A DNA stretch of 45,614 nucleotides from a virus (IMGVR_UViG_3300028833_000099), one strand, 5' to 3'. Shown: positions 1 through 9,475, counted from the stretch's first letter. The notes: a model not told the origin generated them from the sequence alone. Numbers and translations are program-made.

Positions 1-208
1 AAGCCTCAACGATGTCAAAACTATATACCCTTGTATATGTAATCTTATCCTCGTCCTTATGGTATTCGACTTCAAGATGATAGGTGAGACCATCAGCGTC
101 TTTCATATCATTAAAAACTACAACATAAGTGTCATTATCAAGCCATTTTTCGTCTACAACTTCATAGACTACCTCTGGTGCTTTTTTACTTGTAAACTTC
201 TTACCCAT
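1..208 (-). CDS. Hypothetical protein, runs off window edge (MGKKFTSKK...)
   Basis: Manually translated open frame; AGGAGATAAAGAT leader and promoter upstream. Confidence 0.75.
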   Translation of the reverse strand, partial: MGKKFTSKKAPEVVYEVVDEKWLDNDTYVVVFNDMKDADGLTYHLEVEYHKDEDKITYTRVYSFDIVEA

Positions 209-289
209 ATCTTTATCTCCTTTTTATTTGTTGTTTGATGGTGCAAAGATACGAAATTATCTCCACACCACCAAATATTTTAAGGGTTT

Positions 290-565
290 TTAACACTCAA
301 AAAGAGTTATTACCTCAACACCAAAATCATATTGGTCAAGAACAGCGTATTCACAATAGGCAATCTGCTCTGCAATTTCTTTTGCGTGTTCACACATAAA
401 CACATTGCCTTGAAACACTTCTTTTAATTTCTCTGCAATGGTGCTGACACAATCCTTATGACGCATATCAATGTGCTCCTCAAAAGCACAAATTGTGCCT
501 TTTGTGTTGTCACCGCCATCTACAAAATAAATGTGATTTATCTTTTTTTCAGTCATAGTCGCCAC
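290..565 (-). CDS. Hypothetical protein
   Basis: ORF track; overlaps stop of upstream gene. Confidence 0.7.
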   Translation of the reverse strand: MATMTEKKINHIYFVDGGDNTKGTICAFEEHIDMRHKDCVSTIAEKLKEVFQGNVFMCEHAKEIAEQIAYCEYAVLDQYDFGVEVITLFEC

Positions 566-923
566 TAATTAAATCTGTTTCAAAAACACACTCTGCAATC
601 AGTTGGTTGCGCTCTGCCCCCTCTGAATCACCTAAGAACTCGTCACCTCCATAAGGGGAAAGATACTCGCCCAATTCGTCAGCGTCATAATCGTTAACGT
701 CAATCTCGTCTTGATACCAATCCTTGATTGTGGTCTTGTCATTCAGACTATCAAGCAACTTCTTTGAGTGTTCCTTACCCTCCATATCCTTAATTTGGAT
801 ATACTCAAAGGTATGGGTATCAATTACACGACAAAACTGACCTTCATCTGGGTCGGTACACGTCCACTCATTCACATCAAAGTGAATAGTTCCGTCTGAA
901 TTGAATTTGTTGTTGAACATCAT
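549..923 (-). CDS. Acidic hypothetical protein (TDPD..Q.CR motif)
   Basis: ORF, AGGAG leader, own promoter. Confidence 0.8.
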   Translation of the reverse strand: MMFNNKFNSDGTIHFDVNEWTCTDPDEGQFCRVIDTHTFEYIQIKDMEGKEHSKKLLDSLNDKTTIKDWYQDEIDVNDYDADELGEYLSPYGGDEFLGDSEGAERNQLIAECVFETDLISGDYD

Positions 924-965
924 AATCTTATCTCCTATTCTTATTATGGTGCAAAGGTACGAAAA

Positions 966-997
966 AATCTCGAAACCACCAAACGATTTCGAGATTT
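966..997 (-). terminator. Hairpin overlapping promoter, likely terminator
   Basis: AATCTCGAAA...TTTCGAGATT inverted repeat. Confidence 0.55.
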
Positions 998-1006
998 TAA
1001 CATATT

Positions 1007-1477
1007 TTAATTATTCATACAAGGTATTTTAATATCAAAATCACTTCTACCAAATCTTGGGGCAATAATTCTCACATACCCTTTTTCTTTTTCAATATAT
1101 TTTTTAAAGAAAGTTCCTCGTTCTTTCAATGCTGCTGACAAAAAACATGAACCTTTATCTTTTGATGAAACATAGAAAGCAGATTGTTCTTTTTTTATAA
1201 GTTTATTGTTTATATCATAAAACCCAATAGTAACTATTACATCGTCATCCCCTAATACTCCATAATCAAAAATGCCACTTTGTGTTACAAGTTTGTAACA
1301 TGGCTCGTTAGAGAAAAAAACGACCATCCCATTCGCATCCTCATAATAATATGATGTGTAACTTTCAGTTCCTTTTAATTCATCGGCATCAAATACCGCT
1401 TTGTTCCAACCATTTTGTGCATTAACACTCAGTACCATTGTCATAAGGCAGACAATAAGCCATAATACTTTCTTCAT
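1007..1477 (-). CDS. Exported hypothetical protein (signal peptide)
   Basis: Start reassigned to MKKVLWLIVCLMTMVLSVNA-Q. Confidence 0.75.
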   Translation of the reverse strand: MKKVLWLIVCLMTMVLSVNAQNGWNKAVFDADELKGTESYTSYYYEDANGMVVFFSNEPCYKLVTQSGIFDYGVLGDDDVIVTIGFYDINNKLIKKEQSAFYVSSKDKGSCFLSAALKERGTFFKKYIEKEKGYVRIIAPRFGRSDFDIKIPCMNN

Positions 1478-1484
1478 AATTCTA

Positions 1485-1736
1485 TTAATATTTAAGTTTA
1501 CTTGCTTTTTCAAACACGTTAATTAACTCTTCTTTGGTGATTGCTTCAAGTGGCTTGTCACTTTTCTCAATATACTTCAAAACCGCTTTCTTACCACGTT
1601 TGTAGCCATTGATAACGTCTCTCGTATATTTCGTGCAAGCACTTGTGTAAAGCCTTTCCTCGTGATGCCTAACATCATTTGTCTCATAGAAATGATTGAA
1701 AATAGGCGCAACTTTCAATTTAACTTCGTAATCCAT
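1485..1736 (-). CDS. Hypothetical protein
   Basis: Start reassigned to MDYEVK, downstream of promoter at 1767. Confidence 0.75.
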   Translation of the reverse strand: MDYEVKLKVAPIFNHFYETNDVRHHEERLYTSACTKYTRDVINGYKRGKKAVLKYIEKSDKPLEAITKEELINVFEKASKLKY

Positions 1737-1798
1737 AATCTTTCTGTTTTTAATTCTTTCGTAATGCAAAGGTACGAAATTATTTTGAACTGGCAAAA

Positions 1799-1825
1799 TA
1801 AAAAGGGGTATATTTCAACCCCTTT
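1799..1825 (-). terminator. Intrinsic terminator
   Basis: AAGGGGT...ACCCCTT with U-tract on minus strand. Confidence 0.65.
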
Positions 1826-1874
1826 AACAAACTTTCACAAATTCAACTCTTTTGGCTACACATCTTCACAGACT

Positions 1875-2534
1875 TTACCAATCTTCTATAAACCTTACAT
1901 TTACAGATGTATCTTTTACCCCTTGGCTTGCAAGGTAATCGTTAATCACTTTTGCCAAACCCTCTTCAAACTGCTTTGGGTCTTTGATGCGCTTGCACTC
2001 CGTAGCGGTGTAAACCTCAAACTTCTCATGGAACTTGTAGGTCTTTCTTACCAACTCAATGAACTCGTCATATTTGCCCTCGGAAAGCAAACCTGCTTCT
2101 GAATGGAAATTAGCGTCAACCAATCTATCTTCAAGCAAGATTTTAATGCGCTTGTCAGCCTTTTGGTGCTCTTTAAGCAACTTCATAAGACTATCATAGC
2201 CATAGGCATAATCGCACTTTTCGTTGGGTTTCTTGACATATTTTTGACGTTCCTCGGCAGTGAAATAGATGGAATCGTCTTTGATGAAATTATCAATACA
2301 CTCCTTGCAGTCTTTGATGTTGCTTGCCCATGCCCCATAGTGCTGCGATGGCTTTTTCTCGCTGCCCTCTTTGCAGAAATCGAAATGAACCTCTTTACTC
2401 TTAGGCCAACTTGAATAACGTGATGGGTCGAACCAACTGCGCTCATACTCAATCTCCGTTACCTTAATAATGCGATAACCATTATAAATCTCTAACGGCT
2501 CTCTGCTTGTCTTGTGTCCACTTCTTACGCTCAT
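1875..2534 (-). CDS. Hypothetical protein
   Basis: 219-aa ORF, ATGA overlap with upstream gene. Confidence 0.8.
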   Translation of the reverse strand: MSVRSGHKTSREPLEIYNGYRIIKVTEIEYERSWFDPSRYSSWPKSKEVHFDFCKEGSEKKPSQHYGAWASNIKDCKECIDNFIKDDSIYFTAEERQKYVKKPNEKCDYAYGYDSLMKLLKEHQKADKRIKILLEDRLVDANFHSEAGLLSEGKYDEFIELVRKTYKFHEKFEVYTATECKRIKDPKQFEEGLAKVINDYLASQGVKDTSVNVRFIEDW

Positions 2535-2770
2535 TTCGCACTCTCCTCTTTCAATGTTTCTAAGTTTCTGTCAATATAGTCCTTAACGGCTTCGAGAGAA
2601 CGGCACACACTATCTTTAACTTTCATGTCACGCTTTGTTGCTCCCCTTGGAATAGTAACATAGAAATCACCATACCAATTATTTCCAATCATGCAGCCAT
2701 ACTGCCAAACATCAATACCCTTGTATCTTCCGCAGTAGTGCTTTTTGTTGTTGTTGAAAAATATTCCCAT
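2531..2770 (-). CDS. Hypothetical protein
   Basis: ORF with leader and promoter. Confidence 0.8.
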   Translation of the reverse strand: MGIFFNNNKKHYCGRYKGIDVWQYGCMIGNNWYGDFYVTIPRGATKRDMKVKDSVCRSLEAVKDYIDRNLETLKEESAK

Positions 2771-2836
2771 ATCTTTATCTCTTTTTGTTTATTGTAATGC
2801 AAAGGTACGAAAAAAAATTGGATTGACCAAATAAAA

Positions 2837-2881
2837 AACCCCAAAATGTCAGGCTTTTAACTTTCCTTAACATTTGGGGTT
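2837..2881 (-). terminator. Intrinsic terminator with TTAA-N6-TTAA in its loop
   Basis: ACCCCAAAATGT...ACATTTGGGGT; homologous to 7396-7439. Confidence 0.7.
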
Positions 2882-2899
2882 CAAAAGGAGAAAAGAATG

Positions 2900-3150
2900 A
2901 GAAAAAACTTAACAAGGTTATGAGGGGTTTGATTTCTTGTGTGGGCAATCCTTATCCTCTCTTTGCGATGGCTACCCAATCCCATCTTTCAACCCAACCT
3001 TGCTATAAGCAAAAGGAGAAACTAATTAGTGGTGGAGTTGCACTTTCCTTACTTGACTTACTGCCAACCTCTTACACAAATGCGCATTGTGCGTAAAACG
3101 ACCTACTCTTACCCTTATACGAGGTTATTTCTCCTTATATTTTTATGCTT
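2900..3150 (-). ncRNA. Candidate structured non-coding RNA or long 3' UTR
   Basis: ORF-free on the coding strand; hairpin GATGGGA/GCCATC; AAGGAGAAA (3127-3135) complementary to TTTCTCCTT (3012-3020). Confidence 0.3.
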
Positions 3151-3546
3151 TTACTTCAACAATCTTTCGATTACTTTTTCGCAGTCCTCAAAATAGCAAT
3201 GATTATTGTAACCACCACGATAATCTTTTTCATTCTTTGCAGTTCTGCAATACATTGGTGCAAGCCAATCTCCATTATTTTTCAAAACAACATGATTTCT
3301 TCCACCACGTCCACAACCATTGCTATAATTGAAATATATATACTTGTCGCTACACTTGATGAAGCCACTCATATCATAGTGACCATACAATGGATTAACA
3401 ACCTCACCATCAAGTGATTTAGCAATTTTCCTCATTGCATTAAAGAAAGCCACTTGAAATGAATGAAATTCCTTTGATACATAACTACCATCGTCCTCTA
3501 AGGTACGACCATTCCACTTTCTGATAAATGCCTTAACGTCTGCCAT
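3151..3546 (-). CDS. Hypothetical protein (GHY..SGF motif)
   Basis: ORF with promoter. Confidence 0.8.
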   Translation of the reverse strand: MADVKAFIRKWNGRTLEDDGSYVSKEFHSFQVAFFNAMRKIAKSLDGEVVNPLYGHYDMSGFIKCSDKYIYFNYSNGCGRGGRNHVVLKNNGDWLAPMYCRTAKNEKDYRGGYNNHCYFEDCEKVIERLLK

Positions 3547-3647
3547 AATTCTAATCTTTAATTGTTTCGTGATGCAAAGGTACGAAAAAAATCTGAATTA
3601 GCCAAGCCTTTTCACACTTTTAACAATTCCTAATTGGCTTTTAATGC

Positions 3648-3887
3648 TTAACGAATACGAATTACCAAAATACCATCATAGACAGAGCAAGAATCCCTTG
3701 TCTCTCCCACCTTCATATCCTTGTAGTTCTCATAGTCGAAGCCATTTGCGTCAAAGTCATCCTCTGTATCAATGGCAATAACGAAAGGCTCACCATCAGT
3801 CCAATTCTCAATTTCCTTTGTGCCAATTGCCACATACTTTGCGTTGATTGTGTTCAACTCTCCGTTCTTCAAAATGTTTTTTTCCAT
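3648..3887 (-). CDS. Hypothetical protein
   Basis: ORF, AGGAG leader, promoter. Confidence 0.8.
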   Translation of the reverse strand: MEKNILKNGELNTINAKYVAIGTKEIENWTDGEPFVIAIDTEDDFDANGFDYENYKDMKVGETRDSCSVYDGILVIRIR

Positions 3888-3949
3888 ATTCTTTATCTCC
3901 TTTTGTTTTACAATGCAAAGGTACGAAAAAAAACTGATATAACCAAATG

Positions 3950-3973
3950 AAAAGGGAGAAAAAATCTCCCTTT
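3950..3973 (-). terminator. Intrinsic terminator
   Basis: AAAGGGAGA-AAAAA-TCTCCCTTT. Confidence 0.7.
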
Positions 3974-3981
3974 AACATTCT

Positions 3982-4701
3982 TTAATCGTCCTCATAGAAA
4001 ATAGCATGGGTTGCATCGAACATAAGATAGTAGTGCCCATTTCCACAATTTCTGTATTCCTCACTATACCAAGCAAGTTTTTCTCCGTCACGATTTGCAA
4101 TCTCAACAGAATTGTCGTAGCCATTCTCCCAACGTCTGTGAAAATTTGTGCCGTTCTTGATACACTCAGCAACTTCTGCGCTCATGCGCTCACGTTCCCA
4201 CTTGCTCCATGCGATAGACTTCCAACATCTTTTTCTCACAAAGGCTTCAAACACTTGATAGCCCCTCACCCAAGAATACTTGCCGTTTTCCTTGTAAACT
4301 TCGTGATAGAACAACTCATACGAATCTGTCATAATGGAGTTCACAAGTTCTCTCTGCTCCGCTTCTGATAGATTAAAGAAATGCTCAATAGACTCTTTGA
4401 TGTCTTTCCAAAGACCACTCTCGTTAAGCATTTTTAAGGCATCTGTGGCACGTTTAACGAAACGCTTGTAGTAATCAATCTCTTCATGCTCGACAAGTTT
4501 CAGTGTCGCCCAATCCTCGTAGTGGTCGCTCCAACTGCTCAGTTCATGACCCCACTTCTTTCTGCCTTTGCTCATGATGGCAATGCGTCCGTCTTCATGT
4601 AGCCACAAGCGAACAATTTTTGAACCGCCAGTGATAAGGTTTACACGATACTGCTTTGCGTGTTTGTTCTTTACGATTTCTCTGATTTCTTGTAATGTCA
4701 T
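3982..4701 (-). CDS. Hypothetical protein (C-terminal WYSEEY..CGNGHYY...DATHA.F.EDD)
   Basis: Start reassigned to MTLQEI after AGGAG leader and promoter. Confidence 0.85.
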   Translation of the reverse strand: MTLQEIREIVKNKHAKQYRVNLITGGSKIVRLWLHEDGRIAIMSKGRKKWGHELSSWSDHYEDWATLKLVEHEEIDYYKRFVKRATDALKMLNESGLWKDIKESIEHFFNLSEAEQRELVNSIMTDSYELFYHEVYKENGKYSWVRGYQVFEAFVRKRCWKSIAWSKWERERMSAEVAECIKNGTNFHRRWENGYDNSVEIANRDGEKLAWYSEEYRNCGNGHYYLMFDATHAIFYEDD

Positions 4702-4786
4702 AATTCTTATCTCCTTTTGTTTTACAATGCAAAGGTACGAAAAAAACCTGATATAGCCAAATTTGTTAACACATTTTAATAAAAAA

Positions 4787-4816
4787 GTGGATGCAATTCG
4801 AAAAAATCGCACCCAC
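4787..4816 (-). terminator. Intrinsic terminator
   Basis: Minus-strand GTGGGTGC...GCATCCAC with G-U pair, then U-tract. Confidence 0.7.
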
Positions 4817-4835
4817 GCAAAACAAAAAGAATAGA

Positions 4836-5252
4836 TTATGTATGTTTCTCAATCAAATCCCTAAACATAAAGGGATATGCGCTATTCTTCTTCTGGTCAG
4901 CAATCATTTTCTCAAAGTTTTTCTTCACATACTTTGAAAGAATGTCGTTTACACGCTCATCATACTTGAACTGGGGAATGACAATCTGTGCGTTGGTTTT
5001 GCCCCTTGCGCCTTGTGTTGCCCTACGTATAAACTTCAACTGCCAAGGAAGATTATATTTCTCTTTGAGAATGCTCTCCACGATGCCAATGATGCTTGCA
5101 CCGCTATCCTTGAAATATGCCTTGCACATCTGATAGTTGGTGAGCAGACTCTCATTCTTCTGATACATTGAATATACCTTATTTGCCTTGTCTTTGGCAT
5201 AATTGGAAATGGCTTGCGCTTCCAATGCTTTACGTACCTTACTATTACTCAT
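4836..5252 (-). CDS. Hypothetical protein
   Basis: ORF with promoter. Confidence 0.8.
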   Translation of the reverse strand: MSNSKVRKALEAQAISNYAKDKANKVYSMYQKNESLLTNYQMCKAYFKDSGASIIGIVESILKEKYNLPWQLKFIRRATQGARGKTNAQIVIPQFKYDERVNDILSKYVKKNFEKMIADQKKNSAYPFMFRDLIEKHT

Positions 5253-5347
5253 ATTCTAATCTTTTATTTGTTTCGTGATGCAAAGGTACGAAAAAAAATT
5301 GGAATAGCCAAATAAAATACAGATTTTTTTTTTTCAAAAAAAATAAA

Positions 5348-5377
5348 TGGGAACAAACCTCCCCAAGTTCGTTCCCA
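5348..5377 (-). terminator. Intrinsic terminator
   Basis: TGGGAAC...GTTCCCA with long U-tract on minus strand. Confidence 0.6.
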
Positions 5378-5493
5378 ATCAATTTGAAAAGGTTTTTCTT
5401 CCTTATTATCAAAAGCGTTCCTCATTCACTTTTGATGGTCTTCCACTTCTTTGCAAAGATATAAAAAATCAATTTGAAAACCAAATATAAATA

Positions 5494-5958
5494 TTATTGG
5501 TTTGTGATTTTCTCCAACTCTTCGTCTGAAATTTTTATCTTATCAAACATTGGCTTATATTTCAAGCACTCTTCGTATGCCTTTTTCAACTTTGGGAGAT
5601 TTACATTAGTTTCCCACCAAAGATAGAAAACAATATCATCATAGAGTTTCTGCAAGTCTTTCGTGAACATATCTTCAAGTTCAACTTTATGGATAATCTG
5701 CCCACTTCCAACTCTATAGCAGATTGGATAGCGCATAAAATACCAACCTCCCTCGCTTTTCTCTACTGAATAATCATAACGACCCCAGCAATCAATGAAG
5801 AGATACTTTTTAGTTATTGCATGGTAGTTACGTCCATCATCACCTATTGTAGGTGTGCTTCCACGCTGCTTGATGTAGGCTTCAGAAAAGGTAAATTTCT
5901 TGTTGCCTATAATTCTGCGAATATTGTCTAAAAGTTCTTGTTTTTTTACTATATTCAT
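5494..5958 (-). CDS. Hypothetical protein
   Basis: ORF, AGGAG leader, promoter. Confidence 0.8.
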   Translation of the reverse strand: MNIVKKQELLDNIRRIIGNKKFTFSEAYIKQRGSTPTIGDDGRNYHAITKKYLFIDCWGRYDYSVEKSEGGWYFMRYPICYRVGSGQIIHKVELEDMFTKDLQKLYDDIVFYLWWETNVNLPKLKKAYEECLKYKPMFDKIKISDEELEKITNQ

Positions 5959-6001
5959 ATCTCAATCTCCTTTTTATTTCGTGTTGCAAAGGTACGAAAA
6001 A

Positions 6002-6029
6002 AACGTGAACTGACCAAACAATTCACGTT
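6002..6029 (-). terminator. Terminator overlapping the -33 element
   Basis: AACGTGAA...TTCACGTT then U-tract. Confidence 0.6.
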
Positions 6030-6037
6030 AATTTTTG

Positions 6038-6451
6038 TTAATCCCATTCAGCAATATACTTATCTGTCTCGTTGTCGTAGATGTTCACTTGAGGACACTT
6101 TGCACTTCTATAGAACTCTGCTGCCTTTTTAAGAGCAATGACTTCATTGTCTGTATCAATATGCTTGGCGGTTTCTTCAATCACATCACCATTCTCATTC
6201 AACTCATAGCAATGCACAGAATAACGTGCTTCAAGTGATTTGATATACTTCGTTACGTTTCTGTTAACGTCATGGATAACACCATCGCCCATTGTGGCAC
6301 AATAACGCTCTATATGGTTGTTTACTTCGTCCTCATGAACACCAGCATCAATGTCCATTGACTCCCATACAAGGGCATGAATGAAATTCTTGAAAGCCTT
6401 TTTAACTTTTTCGTAGTCTTCGTAATTCTCTTTAATTCTAATCTTATCCAT
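6038..6451 (-). CDS. Hypothetical protein
   Basis: ORF, AGGAG leader. Confidence 0.8.
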   Translation of the reverse strand: MDKIRIKENYEDYEKVKKAFKNFIHALVWESMDIDAGVHEDEVNNHIERYCATMGDGVIHDVNRNVTKYIKSLEARYSVHCYELNENGDVIEETAKHIDTDNEVIALKKAAEFYRSAKCPQVNIYDNETDKYIAEWD

Positions 6452-6466
6452 ATCTTAATCTCCTTT

Positions 6467-6715
6467 TTAGTTATACCCCAATTCATCACAAGCGGCTTTA
6501 ACTGCATTGATACGTGCGTTTGTGCAAGCGTTGTTATAACCGCAGTTATCGTATGTTGCAGTCTTTGTGGTGTGGTTTACAACGGCAATCTTATTGCCAT
6601 AGAAATAGACCTTTGTGATGTTGTCCTCTGTGCGAACAACCACGTTACTGCCACCCCAATTCTTTTTGCTAATGACTGCATAGTAAATGCTTTCTTGATA
6701 ACCTCTAAATGCCAT
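6467..6715 (-). CDS. Conserved phage hypothetical protein (YGN.IA...T.ARINA type)
   Basis: ORF, AGGAG leader. Confidence 0.75.
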   Translation of the reverse strand: MAFRGYQESIYYAVISKKNWGGSNVVVRTEDNITKVYFYGNKIAVVNHTTKTATYDNCGYNNACTNARINAVKAACDELGYN

Positions 6716-6764
6716 AATCTAATCTCCTATACTTTTTTGATTTATTACTAATTTAACAATGGGG

Positions 6765-7028
6765 TTATGCCACTCTCACTATCAGTCCGTAGTTGTCGCA
6801 CCACCATTCTTCTTTGTAGTCCAACATCTGAATACACTCAATGTCCGCATCCGTAAAGTTGCCATATCGTTTCAGCCACTTTGGTATCTCCTTTTCAGTA
6901 CCTCGCACCAATGTCACCACCGAATCGTTCTCTTTCGTTGAGAAACCAATCAGCGCATAAGCACGTTTCTCCATGTTATCACCACCATAAATGTGAATGC
7001 GTGTGCAATGCCGTAAATATTTCGCCAT
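6765..7028 (-). CDS. Hypothetical protein
   Basis: ORF, AGGAG leader. Confidence 0.75.
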   Translation of the reverse strand: MAKYLRHCTRIHIYGGDNMEKRAYALIGFSTKENDSVVTLVRGTEKEIPKWLKRYGNFTDADIECIQMLDYKEEWWCDNYGLIVRVA

Positions 7029-7050
7029 AATCTAATCTCCTATATTTGTC

Positions 7051-7326
7051 TTAATTTTCACAAAGTTCTGCGGTATATGGGGAATATATTGTACCACTTT
7101 CAACTGCTTCGCTTTCTACTGCGAAAAGACCAGTTCCCTTTTCGTAATATATTTCCAACTCAAACTCCATATCACGGACAACTGCTTCTGCTTCTTCTTG
7201 CGTAGAGCAAACCTTTTCTTCAAGCAGTTCTTTCACTTTTGCAGCAAATGCTTTTGGGAATTTCTCTTTGGTGAGTTTAATCGCACCTATACTTTCGTAT
7301 TCATCTGAATTGTTTAATTTAACCAT
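7051..7326 (-). CDS. Hypothetical protein (GLFAVESEAVE..IYSPYT motif)
   Basis: ORF, AGGAG leader, promoter. Confidence 0.8.
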   Translation of the reverse strand: MVKLNNSDEYESIGAIKLTKEKFPKAFAAKVKELLEEKVCSTQEEAEAVVRDMEFELEIYYEKGTGLFAVESEAVESGTIYSPYTAELCEN

Positions 7327-7395
7327 AATTTTTATCTCCTTTTATTTTTTCTTGATGCAAAGGTACGAAATTTTTTTGAATTGACAAAATAAAAA

Positions 7396-7439
7396 GACCA
7401 CAAATGCTGGGATTTTAACTTTCCTTAACATTTGCGGTC
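7396..7439 (-). terminator. Intrinsic terminator with TTAA-N6-TTAA in its loop
   Basis: Minus-strand GACCGCAAATG...CATTTGTGGTC (G-U pair), U-tract. Confidence 0.7.
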
Positions 7440-7462
7440 AACAAAAGGAGATTAAAGAATGA

Positions 7463-7732
7463 TTATTCAATATTTAACAAGGCATAACTTTTTCCATCTA
7501 CTGACTTTTTCCATGTCCAGACAGATGTTACTTCCTCATCATCAAACGATAATATAACTTTATCGCTCATGTCGTTTATTGGCTCTACCTTTATGGTATT
7601 TGGCTTTTTAGGGAACAATGCCACTTTTGGGTCATTAATAACCCTCATAACAATCCCCTCAATTGTTTTTGGTGCTTTATTGACAAACACACAATGGGCA
7701 AAGCCAGACCTAAGTAATGCTTTTGTATTCAT
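7463..7732 (-). CDS. Hypothetical protein
   Basis: ORF track. Confidence 0.75.
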   Translation of the reverse strand: MNTKALLRSGFAHCVFVNKAPKTIEGIVMRVINDPKVALFPKKPNTIKVEPINDMSDKVILSFDDEEVTSVWTWKKSVDGKSYALLNIE

Positions 7733-7734
7733 GC

Positions 7735-7875
7735 TTATTTACGTTTCTTTTTCTGCCAATATTTCAGTTTTTTTCTTTTTGGGTGAAATTCAGCACTATA
7801 ATACCCCATACTCAATTCTTTAAGCATTGGAATATAAATGCTTGGGTCATACCCATGTAATATGTAGTAATACAT
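7735..7875 (-). CDS. Small basic protein, 46 aa (MYYYILHG...HPKRKKLKYWQKKKRK)
   Basis: Manual translation; TAATG coupling. Confidence 0.6.
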   Translation of the reverse strand: MYYYILHGYDPSIYIPMLKELSMGYYSAEFHPKRKKLKYWQKKKRK

Positions 7876-7985
7876 TATTCTTCTAAATTATTGATTATCT
7901 TTTCAAGTCTTTTTCTCGTTTTGGGGTCAGAGAGAGTGTCGGCAATCATTATGCCGACACAGAATAATATGAATAAACCAAACAT
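7875..7985 (-). CDS. Small membrane peptide, 36 aa (MFGLFILFCVG...)
   Basis: Manual translation; TGATG/TAATG coupling on both sides; contains internal hairpin at 7934-7962. Confidence 0.45.
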   Translation of the reverse strand: MFGLFILFCVGIMIADTLSDPKTRKRLEKIINNLEE

Positions 7986-8803
7986 CACTTCTCAATTTTT
8001 TTGATAGTTCCTTTGTCACCATCAATAGCGTAGCCTATTTCCTTGGCAATCACTGGGAAAAACACATCATCGAAATATGTGCTTGCATCGCCATTGCAAA
8101 ATACTTCCACACCAAAATTGTAGGCAGACGGATAAAGCATAATGCGTTCAAAAATCTCGCTCCAATATGCAGTAATGGTGTGTTTGATGTCAGACTTCTC
8201 ACAGATAGAGCCATCATTGAGGTTAAGCCACTGAATGAAACGAGTACCATTTTTCATCATTTCGCTAACCCTATGCATTTGCTCATATTCCATGCGTCCA
8301 GCGAGAAAAGCCAATTCTTTGTGTGATGTGATGTCATAGATGTAACTATCTTCGCCATAGTGTGCGCTTTCCTCAATAAAAGCGTTCCATAACTTGACAA
8401 GTTTCTCTTCTGATAACTTCTCAATGGTTTTGAGATAGGTCTTGCGCTCAATAGGGCTCATTTCCTTGATTGTGCGCTGCTCACAGAACAATGCTACGTT
8501 ATCGCCATGGGTGTTGAAGAAAGTCACAATTTCCTCGTCAGTCGGCTTGGTGCTGAATGTAATTTCAGAAACCATTTTCTTGAACTTCTCCAGCGGAGAC
8601 TGCAAGCAACGGAACATTCCCTCATGCTCGGTGTAGTCAGCCATAAAATCCTTAAAGTGCAAACCATACTCGTTGATATATTCACTTATCTGCTTGTCAC
8701 TTGGAACGTCAATGTTAAGTTCCTTACAAGCCTTAATGACGTTCATACGAAAGCCAATCACCCTATGGGCAAAGCCAATCAAATCATTTTCTTTTTCTGC
8801 CAT
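7985..8803 (-). CDS. Hypothetical protein
   Basis: Start reassigned to MAEKEN after AGGAG leader and promoter. Confidence 0.85.
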   Translation of the reverse strand: MAEKENDLIGFAHRVIGFRMNVIKACKELNIDVPSDKQISEYINEYGLHFKDFMADYTEHEGMFRCLQSPLEKFKKMVSEITFSTKPTDEEIVTFFNTHGDNVALFCEQRTIKEMSPIERKTYLKTIEKLSEEKLVKLWNAFIEESAHYGEDSYIYDITSHKELAFLAGRMEYEQMHRVSEMMKNGTRFIQWLNLNDGSICEKSDIKHTITAYWSEIFERIMLYPSAYNFGVEVFCNGDASTYFDDVFFPVIAKEIGYAIDGDKGTIKKIEK

Positions 8804-8872
8804 ATCTTTATTCTCCTTATTTGTTGTTTGATGTTGCAAAGGTACGAAATTATTTTGAAATAACCAAATATT

Positions 8873-9013
8873 TTAGGAATTATTTTCCAATTTTTTTGAT
8901 AGTTCCCTTGTCTCCATCTTCTTTATTTTTCTTCTTAATTTGTTATTGTCGTGTATAAGCATGAAAACAATACACATCTGGACAACAGATAAAAATGCTA
9001 TTAACTCTTCCAT
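8873..9013 (-). CDS. Small membrane-anchored protein, 46 aa (MEELIAFLSVV...)
   Basis: Manual translation. Confidence 0.55.
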   Translation of the reverse strand: MEELIAFLSVVQMCIVFMLIHDNNKLRRKIKKMETRELSKKLENNS

Positions 9014-9025
9014 AACTCTAATATT

Positions 9026-9337
9026 TTAATTATAGAATACTGCTACCTCACCAATAGGCTGCTCGAAATCGCCTAAGTAGTCTGTGAGAGTGTAGAGGTC
9101 AGCGTTTTCTGCGAGAGCCTTACGAAGAAACTCTGCATATTCCTCATTGCCCTCTGAATGAGCGTCAGCAATCCAAATGTTTGCCATTTCGCCATCTACA
9201 TCTTCAAGGCTATAATTACCATTCCAATCTTCATCGTTCTTGACCATTTCCACAGCTATGTTGTGCTGCTCTTCTGAAAGGTCAAAGGTTTCAATCTTAT
9301 AAAAATCAAAACCACTCAACAATGTAATTCTTTTCAT
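9026..9337 (-). CDS. Acidic hypothetical protein
   Basis: ORF with promoter. Confidence 0.8.
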   Translation of the reverse strand: MKRITLLSGFDFYKIETFDLSEEQHNIAVEMVKNDEDWNGNYSLEDVDGEMANIWIADAHSEGNEEYAEFLRKALAENADLYTLTDYLGDFEQPIGEVAVFYN

Positions 9338-9447
9338 TTTTACTTACTTTTAATTGTTAATACTGCTTTGTTTTATTATGATGCAAAGATACGAAATTAT
9401 TTTGAAATAACCAAATTATTTCGGATAAAATTTTGTTAAAAAACAAC

Positions 9448-9475
9448 GATGGGCTTACCTCACGGCAAACCCATC
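9448..9475 (-). terminator. Probable terminator after tRNA-like element
   Basis: GATGGG...CCCATC. Confidence 0.5.
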
